Positions 35,203-49,104 of a stretch of 64,000 bases of DNA are shown one piece after another (the first letter of the stretch is position 1; every line of letters starts with the position of its first letter). The stretch comes from Camelus ferus (Eukaryota). Position numbers and translations under genes: made by a program. The stretch covers positions 62,001 through 126,000 of the forward strand of contig NW_022589675.1 of the NCBI RefSeq assembly GCF_009834535.1, given 5' to 3'. The notes below the pieces were generated by a model. It searched no databases. It saw only the letters and a list, made by a program, of their open reading frames with translations, and was not told the origin of the DNA.

Positions 35203-38200
35203 CTACTGGAATGAAATGATAACAACACACACCTTTACTACAGGACACGTCGTGGTGGGGCGCGAGCGAAAACTCAAGGGCAGAGCTTTCAGAAGAACAC
35301 CATTCTATGGGTTAAACTAGTCAGTACATAACACCAAAAAGACCATCCTAACCCCCAAACTACGTCTTCCTAGCACTGACTGTAGACTTACATGAGAGAG
35401 CAGACGAACTGTGTCAGTATTTCTCAGGCTCCCCTACTGGGTGTGATTAGACCCACTGTGTGATTCTGACGAATACACTCATTTCTAGGCTTTCGCAGCT
35501 GTATTTTCTTTGTGAGAATTTAACAAGCTAAACTCTCAAGACTGATCAATGAAAGCCCATCCAATAAAGTGCTGACTAGGCCAAATGTGGCTAACTCACT
35601 CAATTCAGGTATTTTCCCTTGTGCCTCCACAATGGCCCCTGGCAAGAGATGGCGCAGTTACATTGCACAGAGATTACTCCCTCACTCTAAGGAAAAGAAA
35701 ATTTGACCGAAAGGTTCAGAAACATTCAAGGAGATCATAAGGCAGGGAGGAGACAGAGCTGGGATGAGAACCCAGGGCTTCTGACCCCACACTTTCTGCT
35801 CTTGCAGAGTTTTTAACATAAATACTGGTTTAGCAGGCCATTAAGGAAGAGTTGCGGCGCCTGAGTACCACTGCAGACCTATAAAGAAAAAAATGGAAAT
35901 GATACAAATCCAAGGTAAGCAAAATCTTTCTCGCAGTTGCAGGTTTGTGATACCATCATGTGCTCCTGGTTATACTGATCACTCACTCACATTCCACCCA
36001 CCACTGCTGATCTCAAAATTATACTAACTGAAATGATCTTTAGAATATTTCAATGTGTAATTTCTATTTGAAAGGACAATTGAGACTGTCGTGGAAGTAA
36101 GCCAACAAAATGGACGATTAAAACTCCCAGAAGTTAGGAAATCACTCCTCTCGAGTGAAACTGACAAACCAGGGGCCAAGAGAAACCTTGAAATAATCAC
36201 AGACTTGCATCTATTCATTCCTCTCCACATACCAGTTACTTACAGTATTCACGAAGGACAGAGATACTCATATTCCATGGACGTAAAACTCTAAAAATGC
36301 TGTAATGGCATACACCAGTAAACTATATAAGAATTTCCTTTGGAGGGTTTTTTTTTTTTTAAAGACTAGAGAAGATATGGGTTTGTGTTTATTCTCCTAA
36401 TCTGACAAATCTGACTACCAAGTTTTTTATTCTTTACAAAATGTGTCTTATCCTCCAGGGTTTGAGGGTTGATGCTTTGCTTTTGAACATGAAGGAACGT
36501 GAAACCAGGCTGTGTGAGCAGATGAGTCAGTCAGCCTGCCTGAGGCAAAGGGCTCCAGGAGAAGAGCAGCTGGACAAAAAGTGAAGGGAGATGAGCTTGG
36601 TTGATACAGATGGTGCTTTGAAGGCGAGGCTAAAATTTTTGAGCTTTCTAATTAGCGAGTTGGTAAGACTGCCTTCAAGGAGAATAGGGTGTGATGCATG
36701 GGAAAAGCAATCTCCATTCAAAAAGTTAAAAGTGCTAAGTGACACACGACAAATAAAGCACAGTTTCAACATTTTGCACACCTTGACTCCTAAAGAAGAC
36801 AACCCGTTTTTTTCCCCCACGGCATTATTTTTACAGTTGGAATAAGAATACTGAATTAATTCTAGAATTGTAGATTCAGCAAAATCACAGAGTTCCCCTA
36901 AAACAAAACCATCAGTTCTCTTTTTGTAAAGCTGATGTTTTGATAAATAAATTCCAATCAAATAGGGCAATTTCATTGCTGGATCATGAAGTGTTTGCAA
37001 AACTCAGTAATTTTTTTTTTAAAAAAAAAAAAAAGCACACTCACAAAAATATTTGTGTGTGTTCTTCAACTTTTTACTTAGTCACCTTGGCAGTTTCAAA
37101 GGTCTAGTAATATACATTTTTAGGTATAAAAATCATAGCTGGTTTCTCAGGGAGAGCTCTTCATGGAATTACACCTTTATTCCATTGTTTTCCTGTTCCC
37201 TCCCCAGGGCCTATCATCTGAGTTGAGGTAAGGTAAGGAGACTAGCCATTCCCCCAGGGGCTCTAATTTCTCCCTTTTGCCACTTCACCCCTCCAGAAAC
37301 ACGGCTCACTCCTCGCGCTTTGCCGTCTTTCACATTAAAGTGGTATCTAATCCCCACCAGATCCCTCCGTCAAAGTGTGCTCTCGTGGAGAGTTTTAAAC
37401 TAGCCATTTACAGTTTAGCACAGATTTAAGCCAAAGGATATGTATTTTCAGTATCAGCATTAATTGTGGAATTAAAGACTTTGTGCCCCATTAAAATCAT
37501 GTCAAATTCTGGCAAAGAAGGAAGGAGAAAGATGGAGAGGGACAGCGAGCAGGGGCAAGGAGGTGAAGCGGAAGCTCCAGCGATGGCTGGAGCCTCGGTG
37601 GGGGCTGCCATTTGAGTATCTGATCCAACCTTCGTCTCTGAATTCCAGCAATGCCCCACCGGGTCCTCGGAGCTCAGTCTCAAGGCGGCCACATTTCTCT
37701 ATGTGTGCGTGACCCGTGTGATCTAGGCAGTACATCTCCAACTCCTCCCTGCCTAAGAGGGGCATCTGACCACGTCAGTAATCGGCAGCCTGCCGTGAGA
37801 CAGACGGAAATGAGGGCAAGCAGCCCAGGGACCATGTAAAGGTGAGAAATACGTCTCCTGAGGCCAGCGTTCCCAGCTGGGACAGCTGTCTGCACTGACC
37901 GAAAGCTCACAAGCCAGTGGCGAAAGGATGCAATGTCTAAACATGACTGGAACTAACACATCATTCCACTTTCACAAAGAACAATGCAAAGTACTCACAG
38001 GCAGAGAACATATCAGAGAGAGACAGAGACAGAGTGAACGGTCATGGTTGGCATCCCAGTCAAAATAAGCCTGGCAGCACCAGTGTGACAAGGTCAGCGC
38101 TTCACATCTACAAAGGTTGACCAGATGATCTTCCAAATGCTCCACTACACCCGCCCCAAAAGGAACTTTATTTTATATAATTTCAAATTGCATTTTCAGG

Positions 38201-39224
38201 TTTTAGAACAAGAGTGCCATTGCTGTAACGGCATCCATTCTGAGGTTAAGAAGCTGGTGGTATCGAGGCAGTGGCTCTTTCTGTGTGTCCACACTGTTTA
38301 ATTTCCTTTATCACGCCTCCTCTCCCCCCTTCCACCCCACCAAGAAGAGACACAGCCAAGATGACCACTGTCTCATGAAATCTGGGGAATGACTCTTAGA
38401 TTTGTAAGGGGTGCCTGCCTGGTCTGATTTCACCATTACCATGGTGCTTTCAAGCTTTCTGCATTTCCTGGCAATAGAGTTGGCTGAAGAATCTGCCATC
38501 TGTCATGGCATTTAAAAGATAAAAATGGAATCATAAGTAGAGCCAGTTCTTCAGGAAAAAAAAAAAAAAAGTCCAGCCGGCATGTCAAAACGGAGGACAT
38601 TAGCATGTTCTTTTAGTCCCCGGCTGCCAGCAGCTGAAGTCAGCTTGCTAATCACTTGGTGTCATCTGTCCTAGAATGTGCTGCCAAATCTTTCTTCCAG
38701 GCCAGCAGCACCAAACAATACAGGAGAAATTTATGATTCACAAAATATTTTTGCAGAAGGTAAAATCTGACCATTAAATTCCTCCATTTAATTAATGTTG
38801 CCATCTCTTACATTAAAACGAGAAGGGGGGAAATTCTCTGCCACAGAATTTATCTCTTCTACTCAGCCAAATTTCTTGCCAGATTTAACAGCAAGCAACA
38901 TAAATTGAGGTGATTAGATTGGTTGCATATATTTAATTTTTAAAAAGCACCGCAATCACACTTTCATTAAAACAGGCTTTCAGCCTTGGTTTAGCGCCAC
39001 CTGACAAACAACTCAGCGGTCCGTGATTGGGTTAGTGAAATGAAGAGATTAAAAAGAGGGTCCTGGGCAGATGCTAGGCTCTTCTATTATAAACATGTAG
39101 AACTGCTGGTCAAACATTAGAAGGACACAGGTAAGGCTGCTCCTTCCCACAAGTACACATTCTCCACAAATTTTGGGTACAGTCAGGTGTGATGGAAAGT
39201 ACCCTCCAAAACAAAATCCCAGCC

Positions 39225-39380
39225 CAAATTCAGCTCTGATACTTAGTTACGTCAATTTAGGTGACATAAACTGACGGAACCTCAGTTTTCTCATCCACAA
39301 AAAGGGAACAAGCCATCCCCCTCAAGGCGGTGGTGGAAGGCTTAAGGGAAATGACACACACCAAAAAAGGGTCTGGTCCT
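39225..39380 (+). mobile_element. MIR fragment
   Basis: cagctctgatacttagttacg...gaacctcagttttctcatccacaaaaaggg. Confidence 0.65.
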
Positions 39381-40199
39381 CCGCCTGATGCTCTGCAGCT
39401 ATTCAAGCAATGCTAGCTTTCCGACACATAAGGAAGGAACTGGAGCAAATCCATTTTCCAGCCTTTGCGGTTAGTATATTTTATCCCTACCCACCTGTTT
39501 CCTAATCTTGAGCCATTCAAACGCCATCCTTGCAATTTCTGCCATTTTCTAGTACGACCTGCACTCTGATTACTTACTGTTTTGCTTTGTATCAACTCAC
39601 TTTTATGCTTAAATTAATTCTACTTGAAACTTTTTCACTACTAAAAGCTGCAAGTTTTAACTCATAAAAACTTAATCACCATAAATAATACACAAATAAA
39701 TACAAGAAAACAAACTGTTTTTCATCCTCGTTAGATATTGTTGGCCAATGGCTTGGAGCCTGAGGCCTGTTCGCTCTTTGCTAAAAAGGGAAAACAGCTA
39801 ATACTGAGGAACTGTCAAAGACCTCAGAGCACCAGCCTGAGACTTCCTTCTTGAAAGAGAAGGACTGAGAGAACTAAAGGGAGTGGTTGTTCAGGCTTGA
39901 ATCCCTATTATTTCTTGCCTCCTTCCTACACCAGCACATATCACTTTGCATCTTTGTATCATTGGTGGTACTGATCGCCACAGGTTCTTTACTAAAAGAA
40001 AACCTTGCCCAGAAGCCCAGTGTGCAATACAAGCTAAAAACCACCAGAAGACTAAACCAAAGAACGTTCTCTCTGTAGACCGAGCTGCAGAACCCCACCA
40101 GTTGTGCCCCTTCGTTTTCTGTCTCTGGGAGGCCCCCAGGGAGCTTTTGGAAATCCTCAAACTCCTCAGAACATACTCAAAACGATGGACTGGACCAGA

Positions 40200-40378
40200 C
40201 CTTAGATGGCTGGTCCCAACAGCAACAGAATCACCTGGAGAGCTTTTAAAAATACGTATTTCTGGGCCCAAAACTGGACTTATCAAAGTTGCCTCTCCAC
40301 GGTGAGGTCCAAGAATTTATACTTTTATAAATCTCTCAGGTAAACTCTCTTGAGGATCTAGAAATTTAGAAACTCCTG
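40200..40378 (+). mobile_element. MER5-family (hAT-Charlie) remnant
   Basis: ggtcccaacagcaacagaatcacctggagagcttttaaaaata...tctgggccc...tttagaaact. Confidence 0.65.
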
Positions 40379-40691
40379 GGAGAAATGCTTTCTAAAATGA
40401 CATCTAGTGTGGCTCTCTATGGATGTGAATCAGGAAACTGGTATGGTGTCACCAATCCTCATATCAGGGATTCTGTTTTTCATTCTCAGCTCATCACTAT
40501 CATCCGATTAATACCTCGTCTTTATTTCTGAATATCTTTACACCTTCATTCTTTGGCTTCATCAGCAGAATCTCTGGTTTCTCCAATACAGTCATTAATG
40601 TCTTCAGCAGACAATCCATGGGCATTCACGGGGGAAAGCAGGAATGGACAGGAGCAAAAAGTTCCAGAAATGTGTGTAAAAGTAAAAGCTC

Positions 40692-40860
40692 CAGCGGGGG
40701 GAGGGTACAGCTCAAGTGGTGGAGCCCATGCTTAGCACGCACGTGGTCCCGGGTTCAATGCCCAGTACCTGTTCTAAAAATAAATAAACCTGCTTGCCCC
40801 CTCAATAGAACAATTAAATAATACAATAATAAAGTAAATAAATAAAATATTAAAAGAAGA
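40692..40860 (+). mobile_element. Camelid tRNA-derived SINE with TSD
   Basis: gggggagggtacagctcaagtggtggagcccatgcttagcacgcacgtggtcccgggttcaatgcccagtacc plus A-rich tail. TSD aaaagctc at 40684-40691 and 40861-40868. Confidence 0.9.
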
Positions 40861-42592
40861 AAAAGCTCTGAATCTGATATACATGGTTAAGCCAAGAAGC
40901 CTTCCACCCTCCATTAACAAACAGGAAGAAAAGAATAATCATTGCTTTTTGTAACTTATAAGACTAGTCTCGGTGTTGTACAGATTGGAGAGAAAAAAGG
41001 GGGCCAAGGAAAGAATATAAAAAGGATGATAACAATAAGAATGACAACAACAACAGTAATAGCAATGACAGAAGCTAACACTTGTCTTGTGTTTCCTGTG
41101 AGCCATGTATTAAGAACTTCACATTCAGAAGCTCGTTTAAACTCAACAACTCTGTGAGGCAATTACTGTGAGCATTGCTCCTTTTCACGGAAGAGTTCGT
41201 GGGAGCACAGGAGAACATGTGGCTTGAGGAAGGCCAGAGATGTGAGTATTGGAGGCAGTAACTGACCCCAAGCCTGTGGCCCTGGACCACTTCCAGCACC
41301 ACAGAATTGATGTGAAAAGTCATCCCCGCTTCTCATGTTTTAGTGACTATTAGCAACACTCAGCCCCTGAATTGGTTATGAAGAAAGTGACCAACCGGAT
41401 GATTACCAGCTGATGATCTGCTTGTTCAGAACATTTGTCAAGAGAAAAAAAAGGAAGATATTAGTCCAAACTTCTCTGGATTTTTTTGTTTAACAACTGA
41501 AGTATCCAAATCATCTTTCCAAGCCGTCATTCCAAATGCCAAAAAGGCAAGCAAAATCATCTTTACTGACATTTTACAAGTGTTTATCGTAGCAGACATA
41601 TTGAGTTTAGACAGATAAGATATACGATAGAGGAGAGTGGTATTTGAACATGAGTACAGCAGTGTACTTGCCGGTTTCTGGGAGTCCCTCAAGTAACACA
41701 GGAGGATGCTACATTGATGTTATTTTATAGCATTCTTCTAAAAGCTGTAGTCTGATATGGTAAAAATTTTTCTGGAGGCCACAAGCCCTGTGTGTATCGA
41801 AGGTGAAACAACACTCTCAGGGCTTCCTTCTTAATTGGTAAAACTCAGGGATAGATACGTACCATGGTCCCGCAGAGGCTAGTCTAAGATTTCCAGGTTC
41901 TCATCCCAGCCCTGCGGATCTATATTTCTATCTACGACCTCAAGTTCAACCAGCTTTGAGAACTGCTAAGTGATAGACTCTCTAGAGTTTTTCTTGCTTT
42001 CTGTAACTGGAAACAGATTTCAATATTTAAAACGAATGCAGGCTTTCATTAATGTTGTATCTTTGCCTTTTCAACAGATTGTTATTCATTCCTGTGATTT
42101 ATTTGATACAGAATCCTTGCACAGGTGCACAGCCCCCAATTATAACATTGTTTCTATGGCGAAATACGATCCACTTTATGACAACATGATTTATGATACA
42201 GTTACCGGAATACAATGTGTCAAAAGGCACTGTCTGCTTCTGCCAAATGTTTACTAGCAAATTCCTTTTCCTCATATAGAAAAACATACTCAGAAAAGAG
42301 GTAAATTGCTTTTCTGCATCTCTCATTAGCTGGGATCCTTAGGTCTTTGCATTCCTCTTCATGGAACAGCTTGCATTTAGATCTGCTTATGTGTTTATTT
42401 TTAAACAACAAGCCCTAATTTCTTGCCTGGCTGCTGTCATTTTAATTGTGCACCCTTCCCTTTCATCCATCTAGGCAGTGGAAGAAGAGCGTATTTATAC
42501 CAGAGCTGGGAAAGGACTCACTGTTTCCCCCTCCTTTTGTCTTTCTAAGCTTTAATCCAGGGAAGGGGTTCTGAAGTCGCCTCGCGGCTCAC

Positions 42593-42857
42593 CTGAATGA
42601 ATCTCTGTGGACAGCGGCTGTGCTCTTATGTACGTAGCAGACTGTCTGTCCTGCGATGTCCATTTGGCTGAAGCTTGTGATGGGGACTCCAGGATAACGA
42701 ACATATTCGACCTGGCCGTGTCGCGGGGGCGAGGTGATGACATAGAGCAGTTCCTCAGGCTTGTCTGTTCCGTCCGAAGCAAGGAGAGTGGAGGTTGTCA
42801 GGAAACCTCTGTCACCTTTAGACACCACAAGTGGTTTTGCAAGGATGACAATATCAC
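42593..42857 (-). CDS. FREM1: FREM1 coding exon (~exon 24), 265 bp
   Basis: cacccag|GT GAT ATT GTC...TCA TTC AG|gtgagc; [52 protein letters not shown]...DSFR; phase 1 to 2. Confidence 0.96.
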
Positions 42858-42989
42858 CTGGGTGGCAGAAGAGGTTGTGGTCAAGAACCAATTTGTAAAA
42901 AAGAAAATATCCAAGGTAAAGGCAAAAAACAAAGGCCAAACTGAGCAGAAATCCAAACTAATATGACACAGCAGGGTTTCTATGTCTAG

Positions 42990-43780
42990 ACTCAGTAAAA
43001 GAATTCAGCAAAAGACATGAGCAGATATTACAGAGAAGGGGAAACATACATGGCCAATAAAGACACAGAAATATGCTCAATCTCATTAATTATCTTGGAA
43101 TACAAATCAAGAACATAATAAGCTGCCATCTCGTAACCCTTCAACTGGCAAAGATGTAGAAGTCATATGACACCAAATATTGAAGAAGATGTAGACTCTT
43201 GCATTTGATTCTGGTAGGAGTGTGAATGGTACACAATTTGGTGTGATTTTGTAAAGCACTGAATCCTCACATATGCCTTGACCCAGTGGTTCCCCTCCAG
43301 CTATGTGCTGGAGAGAAACACGCGCACTTGTACCCAGAAGATCTGTGCTAGAAAGGTCACGGCAGCACTGTTTGTAACTGAAACACTGGAAACCACCCAA
43401 ATGCCTTCTCAAAAGATGGACGGATAAACAAACCCTGGTCCACTCATACAACTGATTTGTGTACAGTAGCAAAATGAATAAACTAGAGTTAGATGCAACA
43501 ACACACATGTAGCTTATTAACATTTGTTAGGTGAGTAAGTCCCAGAAAACTATAAACAAAAGTAAGAAAATCAGTACAAAATTCGGGATGATGGTTGTCT
43601 CTGGAGGATGGAAAGAGCACACAGGGAGATGTCTGATGCTGTTAATATTCTAGTCCTCATAGGTACGATGGCTGCACAGGTGCTATTACGTGTTTTTAAA
43701 AGAATGTACGAATGAGTGTCTAAGTGAGCAAAGTACAAGTGGATCGCACATAGACTAAGAACACAGTGTCACAAACAAGG
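42990..43780 (+). mobile_element. Old L1 (L1MC/ME-like) 3' region
   Basis: gcaaaagacatgagcagatatt..., gcagcactgtttgtaactgaaacactggaaaccacccaaatgcc, aaaatgaataaactagag. Confidence 0.8.
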
Positions 43781-44264
43781 ATTATCATCCAATTTCACAC
43801 ATCTGAGGTTCATTTAAAAAATGATCATAACTGAAACACTACGTGTTTCTACTGTGTGCCAGGCACAGGGCTAAAGTCTGTTACCTCTTCATTCCAACCC
43901 TATGAGATAGGCTATTGTCATATTTCTCAGGCTATAAATGAGGGAAATAAGGTGTAGGAATGTTAACTAACTTGCTAATGACTACACAATTATGAAAGGT
44001 AGAGCTAGAATTTGTACTCAAACCACCTGACCCAAGAGCACAAACTCAAACACTGTATTATTTTGCTTCCTCTCTTTAATATATAAAGAATTCTTATAAA
44101 TCAACACTCAAAGGGTGAATATCCAAAAGGAAATATGTGTGAAACAGATGGCCAGTCATTTCTAAGTTAAAAATACAAATAGTCAATAAAATTTTGAAAA
44201 GACATTCAGTCCCGTGAGGAAACAAAAAATGAAGATAAAGCATCAAGGAGGCATAATTTTAGCC

Positions 44265-44482
44265 CAGTGGTTCTCAACAGGGGACAATTTTGCCTCCCCC
44301 GGGGACATTTGGCAGTGTCTGGAGACATTTTGGTTGTCCTATCTGGGGTGGGGGGTGCTACTGGCTTCTAGTGGGCAGAGACCACAGATGCTGCTAAAAA
44401 CTCTACAATGCACAAGAAAGGCCATTACAACAAAGACTTACCCAGCCCCAAATGCCAGTATTGCCAAGATCAGGAAACCCTG
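44265..44482 (+). mobile_element. MER20 (hAT-Charlie MITE), near full length
   Basis: cagtggttctcaacaggggacaattttgcctccccggggacatttggcagtgtctggagacatt...gaaaccctg, with both terminal inverted repeats. Confidence 0.92.
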
Positions 44483-45850
44483 CTTTAGATGATCAAATTA
44501 GTCTTTTTGGTAGACTATACTTTTAACTTAAAATGCTATGCAACTTAAGTCCAATGTATAATCAATGAGCAACCTAATTTTAAATCAAAACCTGAGCCCC
44601 AGATGCTTCAGAGGGAGTCAAGAGGAATATATCAAGGAAGTACAAAGAATGAACAAGGCTGGGGAAACGAAAATCTTCCACAAGAGGTTTCACCAGGAGC
44701 AGAAGATAGATCTGAAAGGAGGAAGAGCATGTAGGTTTTGCCTGAAGGTAATTTTTCAGCACTGTCATGGCAGTATATGGATTGGGGCCAACTACAGACA
44801 AAGTCATTTTAAACTTCTCTCAAAGATGTCCACATCAGGTTTGCCACTGTGCATATCAGAAGACACAGCACAATGGGAAGGTACAGTGTTATTTATAAAA
44901 GCTCCCAGATGGAAACAACCCAAGTGTTCAATGTGCTAATATAGAGTATGCTTTAGTCTAACAATTCAGTATAGCTTCATTTAGAGAAGAACAATTATGG
45001 TTATAAAGTTATACTGCAAGCTGAGAAAACTGATGCTAAGTAAAGAAAGAAAAAAGAAAGGAAGGAAGGAAGAAAAAAGGAAGATGAAACAGCAGCAGTG
45101 AAGGAGGAGGAGGAGGACTGAGGAAGGACAGAATACTGCGCAGAAGATAAAACACCATTACATAAAAAAATTTTTTTTTGAATTACTGAAAATGATAACA
45201 GGTTAATGTATCTACTTGACGTAAGTTTTCACAAATCATTTTAGAAAATAATCACATGTCAGTTGTAGGAGAGACTGGGCAGGCGCTCACCAGCCTCAAT
45301 TCCTTTTCTTCCGAGATGCACTACTACATACAGTTTCTACTGCCCAGACTCCCTTAATGCGGTGCGTGCCAGCAATTCAGCCTCTGGGATGTGCAGAAGA
45401 CAAGCACTCCACCTCCAAGCCTATTCCATGAAATCCTCTCATTTTCCTCCATATTCCATTCCCAAAGTGACTCCATGGCCTTCAGAGACAAAGGGTCCTC
45501 TAGCTGGAAAGAGTCTCCAGGTGGCTGTGTGGAACAGAAATTTCCTACGTGGGAATGCACCGAGCTAAGGCAATGAGAAGACTGCCTGCCCTAATAGATG
45601 TGTTGTCTGCCCTGATATTTTACTCATATTATGTTTTGCCTGGACAGATAGTTATGATGAACATAGCCTTACTTTTGCAGAGAGAAATACATGTGTACAC
45701 TAACACGTAGCTTATCTGGGAGTCATTTATTAGACATCTTCAAGGAAACAAGCAAATGAAGTATATATATACACATATAAACAGGCCAAAATAAACATCT
45801 TAAAATCAATCATGCTGGCTTAACATTTGTTTAAAAATAATCTTGATAAC

Positions 45851-45940
45851 TGGGGCATTGTGCTGTACACCAGAGACTGACACATTGTAATTGACTGTAC
45901 TTCAATTATAAATAAATAAATAAATAAATAATAAAAAAAA
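45851..45940 (+). mobile_element. Very short camelid L1 3' tip with (TAAA)n tail
   Basis: ggggcattgtgctgtacaccagagactgacacattgtaattgactgtacttcaatt followed by an A-rich tail. Confidence 0.75.
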
Positions 45941-46932
45941 ACTCAGGATAACTGTCATTTAACCATGCACATGAAGTAAGATTTTTATTGCATTTAAGCA
46001 TCCAACTTAATTTAGCTCTGAGCTTCCTGGCAGCCAAGGCAAAAAAGGAAGCATATTTGTCAATCAAGCATATACTGAGGATCTAAGACTATGCTTGGTT
46101 CTGGGAATATACAGATCTTGAACTGTATAGATTAATGAAATATAATCTTTACCCTCCTCATACAAGCTCTAAGCAAAAGTATGGGGGAGTGACAGTTGGA
46201 AATCAATGGCTTACACTGTCCTTTGCTGAGCTTTCTTTCCAGTATTTTTTTCACTCTCCTCTTATGACTACTTACATGCTGCTAGTCATATCATGCAAAT
46301 AGTCTGCTTAATTAATTAAAGAGAAGCTTATTACCTTACTACAGGTCTCCCCGTCCCTAAAGAGCATGTGTTAACACTTCCAAAGTGAAAAGAGCAACAA
46401 CTTACAATCTTTTCGATAGCAAACTTCTTTTTTATTATTTTAAAATTTTTAAAATTTCCTTTATTATTATTATATTAGTGTATAATTTCCTCTATTATAA
46501 TTGTATTGGAAATATTTTTCCTTTCAAACTCCATTTTCAAGTGATAATTCAATTCCTGAAGATAAAACTAGAGCTATCACGTGGATTTGGTAAAATTTTA
46601 CTTAAAGCATAAAACTCTGATGGTTAAAGTAGCCTATGCAGCCATATTGTGCGCAAAGCTGGATTTCTAATAGGTTTTTTGAAACAATGAAAGTAACGAA
46701 TGAGCTGGTTACTCCCATAACTCTCATGGATCCCAGGCAAAGCAAGTGAAGAGCTAAAGGATCAAATCATAAATGATGGAATTTCAAGTATAAAGAATGG
46801 AAGGAAGAAAGGAAAGGAGGGAAAGAGGAAAGGGTGGGAGGGAGGGAGGGAGGTGAAAACTTTGAGCGCTTACATTTATTGTTGTAAAGTTGTAAATGTT
46901 GGTCCCAATAAAACTTGATAAACATGCTTTAC

Positions 46933-47128
46933 CTTTTCCCATATCCTTGATGGTGATGTGACAGTCAAACGCAGGTGACCTGTTGTCACCATCCCAGAGG
47001 TAGAAGGTGAAGCTGTCTCGGTTCTGGGAATCCCCTGCCCTGGTGTGTGTGTATCTCAGCAAGTTCAGATCCACTTCATCCTGAGTGCACTTCATGCCAG
47101 GGGCCAGAGGGACCCAGCTCCTCCCTGT
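46933..47128 (-). CDS. FREM1: FREM1 coding exon (~exon 23), 196 bp
   Basis: cctttcag|ACA GGG AGG AGC TGG...GGA AAA G|gtaaag; [28 protein letters not shown]...[28 protein letters not shown]; phase 0 to 1. Confidence 0.95.
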
Positions 47129-49104
47129 CTGAAAGGGGCCAGAATTAGTCAGCTGCCCATGTTTTTTCCCCCCAAGCTGTGTTAGTGGACTTTTTCCATA
47201 TCCTTGAAAACTTCTAATAGAAAGGATACTTCAGGGAAACTCCAGATGCAATGTTTTGCCATTCTATCTTATATTTTTCCATTGGAAGAAATATATTAAA
47301 ACAATTTTGGACCTTGGAAAAAAGATTAGCTTTAACCAAAGGATTTCTGACCAAGTCATGTGGCAATTCAACAGCAGTGCTACTGCCAAGGTATTTATCG
47401 TAAGCAATCATAGCTGATTAAATATTCCAATTAATGAGAGCAGGTGGGTAGTCGAAGCTGTTGGAATTGATTATTTAAAATTTAAATGTGTTTCATTTGG
47501 GATTTCCTTTTTTTTCTTAGTTCATATTATTGTACAATTAATTAAACTGATTTTTTCACACTGGATTGTCACTAGGCTTAACTGAAATAAATAAAACACA
47601 AACAGAATGGGTGTATTTACCCTCCATATATTTTCTAGGCTTACTAAAGTCCAAAGAGAATTATCAAAGTCCCTAACACTCTCTACATTTATATCTTGAG
47701 TCAGCACAAAAACAACTGCAAATATACACTATGTATCATACTCTTCTAAAAACAAGCTAGCATTAGCTAAGCATATATTCTGTATACAACTCAGTGCAGA
47801 AATTGTGGCATTTTCAATAAAAAGAAGTCCTTGCACTGAGGGAGAGCTGACAATGGAGAGTATCAGAAAATACAATAATAATCAATCTGTATCTGATTAA
47901 TAATTCTATTGTTATTCTCTTAAGATGCATAGCTTTTGCTAAAAGGGGCTTGTAGAAGTCATTTACTTTTTTTCAAGAAAAATGTCATCTTAAAAATTTA
48001 CTATATGGTATTACCTTGTGCTTTTCCTGTCTGATTTAAGAAGCTAAACCAGAAATTTAAATCATCCATTTTTATTTCCCTTGACACATTATTATTTCAC
48101 AGACTTCCCAGTTCCTGAAAAAAAAAAAAGCTTTGCCTTCCTCTCCCCTCACAGTGTTATCACTTCCCTTTACGTCACTCTATCTGATAAAGTTCCCTCC
48201 TCTTTAATGTTTGTGCCCCTCTAACGTTTGTACACAGGTATGTTCTGCCCCAGTGCTCACTGAGGAAAAAAGTTAATTATATTGTAATAATTAAGCTCAC
48301 TGTTTGTTTTCGTCATAAGATCTCTTTGTAAATTTAATTTTTAAGACAGATTCTCTTCCTGGTTTTAAACTGGACAGCCTGCAATTCTATTTAACCTTTT
48401 TCTTTATAATCTTGTTCCAGGAAGTAAATAAAGAAAAAAGATGTCTTTTGCTTTTCCTCATCTCCATCCAAGTCCCCACATGCACTTCCACATGTGAGCC
48501 GTGACTCGACGAAATCATTTGCAAGCCCCCAAGAAGGAAGAAATTAAGAGTCAGGCTGAAGGTAAGGAAAAGGAAGAAAAGTCAACAAGGAAACAAAGGC
48601 ACTTGAGAAAGTCCAGGAAACTCAGTCCCTGGTCTTGGAGAGACATGGAGAATCCCGTGAGAGCTGGGAGAGAACTCTGTGGCACCATACTGGGAACCTG
48701 GACCCATCTGGATTTTCACATAACCAAAACACTTCGGTTCCCATGCCACCCAAATGTGTGAGCTCCCACTGCATTTCTGCTTCATTACTCTTTGAAATGA
48801 AATAAGGACACAGCTGCACCTCAGTTTAAATCAGTGATTGCTCTTCACTTCGATTCTCTATGGTGCTCATAATTTAAGACTATCAAGCTGCTCCACGCTA
48901 AGTGAATCTTTCCTGCTTTTCTAGGGCTGCATGTACATGACATGAAGAGTTAAAGGTTCAGTAGAACGATCTCACTGGGGATGGCTGGTGGTGGTTGTTG
49001 CTAGCCTTAATCCACCATTCAAATGAACATTTTGACGGATTACTCAAGTGATGGATCTCTGATTTGTATTGGGCTCGTGCTTGGGCATCATACACAAAGT
49101 CTGA

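Noticed and set aside
37574-37593. Perfect 8-bp hairpin gctccagc-gatg-gctggagc (and a similar one at 25577-25599)
   Set aside because: Several 8-bp stems are expected by chance in 64 kb. There is no miRNA-length stem or snoRNA box, and the second lies at a MIR end.
42858-42939. In-frame ORF extension ([14 protein letters not shown]...) upstream of the 265-bp exon
   Set aside because: It is just the pyrimidine-rich acceptor region read in frame. Unlike the TILRR extension, it matches no isoform I know.
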